A DNA stretch of 64,000 bases, taken from NCBI GenBank assembly GCA_963728565.1, contig CAVSLC010000013.1, forward strand, positions 256,001 to 320,000, given 5' to 3'. The position numbers were made by a program, and so were the translations under genes. Numbering within the stretch: the first letter of the stretch is position 1; every line of letters begins with the position of its first letter. Shown piece by piece: positions 63,888-64,000 of this stretch. Under the pieces are notes generated by a model. The model saw only the letters and a program-made list of their open reading frames with translations. It ran no database searches and was not told where the DNA came from. The DNA is from an uncultured delta proteobacterium. GTDB taxonomy: Bacteria; Desulfobacterota; Binatia; UBA9968.

Positions 63888-64000
63888 TCAGGCGGCATGA
63901 CGCCGTAGAGATCGGGGAATAGTGAACGTAAAGATGGAACCGTGGCCGGGTTCACTCTCAACGCGAATCTCACCATCCAGTAAATCGAGATATTTTTTGA
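63888..64000 (-). CDS. Histidine kinase C-terminal end (partial)
   Basis: KKYLDLLDGEIRVESEPGHGSIFTFTIP. Confidence 0.75.
   Translation of the reverse strand, partial: KKYLDLLDGEIRVESEPGHGSIFTFTIPRSLRRHAA

Overview
Bacterial chromosomal window rich in solute-binding proteins, UbiD, amidohydrolase, SDR and CoA-transferase genes. The gene style resembles uncultured soil or sediment 'Deltaproteobacteria'/Binatia-type MAGs (inference only). About 11 single-base frameshifts in otherwise intact genes suggest long-read assembly error. Main result: a divergent glycine/betaine-reductase-like selenoprotein system at 6.7-16.1 kb (minus strand), which the ORF track splits. GrdA has an in-frame TGA in C-F-V-U and GrdB has one in U-G-T-C-S-R-S, and each is followed by a SECIS-like hairpin. 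The cluster also has GrdC and three GrdE paralogs that all carry Thr where canonical GrdE has the pyruvoyl-forming Cys. No grdD or thioredoxin genes are in the window, and SBP and UbiD genes are co-oriented. Other content: a candidate two-gene defence module (NDT-like/TPR/DUF4071/SLOG-like protein plus patatin), three ~126-bp structured elements with covarying arms placed right after stop codons, a RAYT/REP relic, RavA-ViaA-cysteine dioxygenase, four sigma54-type promoters, an internally duplicated deoxyhypusine-synthase-like gene, tRNA-Ser(GCT), tRNA-Arg(ACG) with a decayed att duplicate, and a Pol-PE-Lig LigD.
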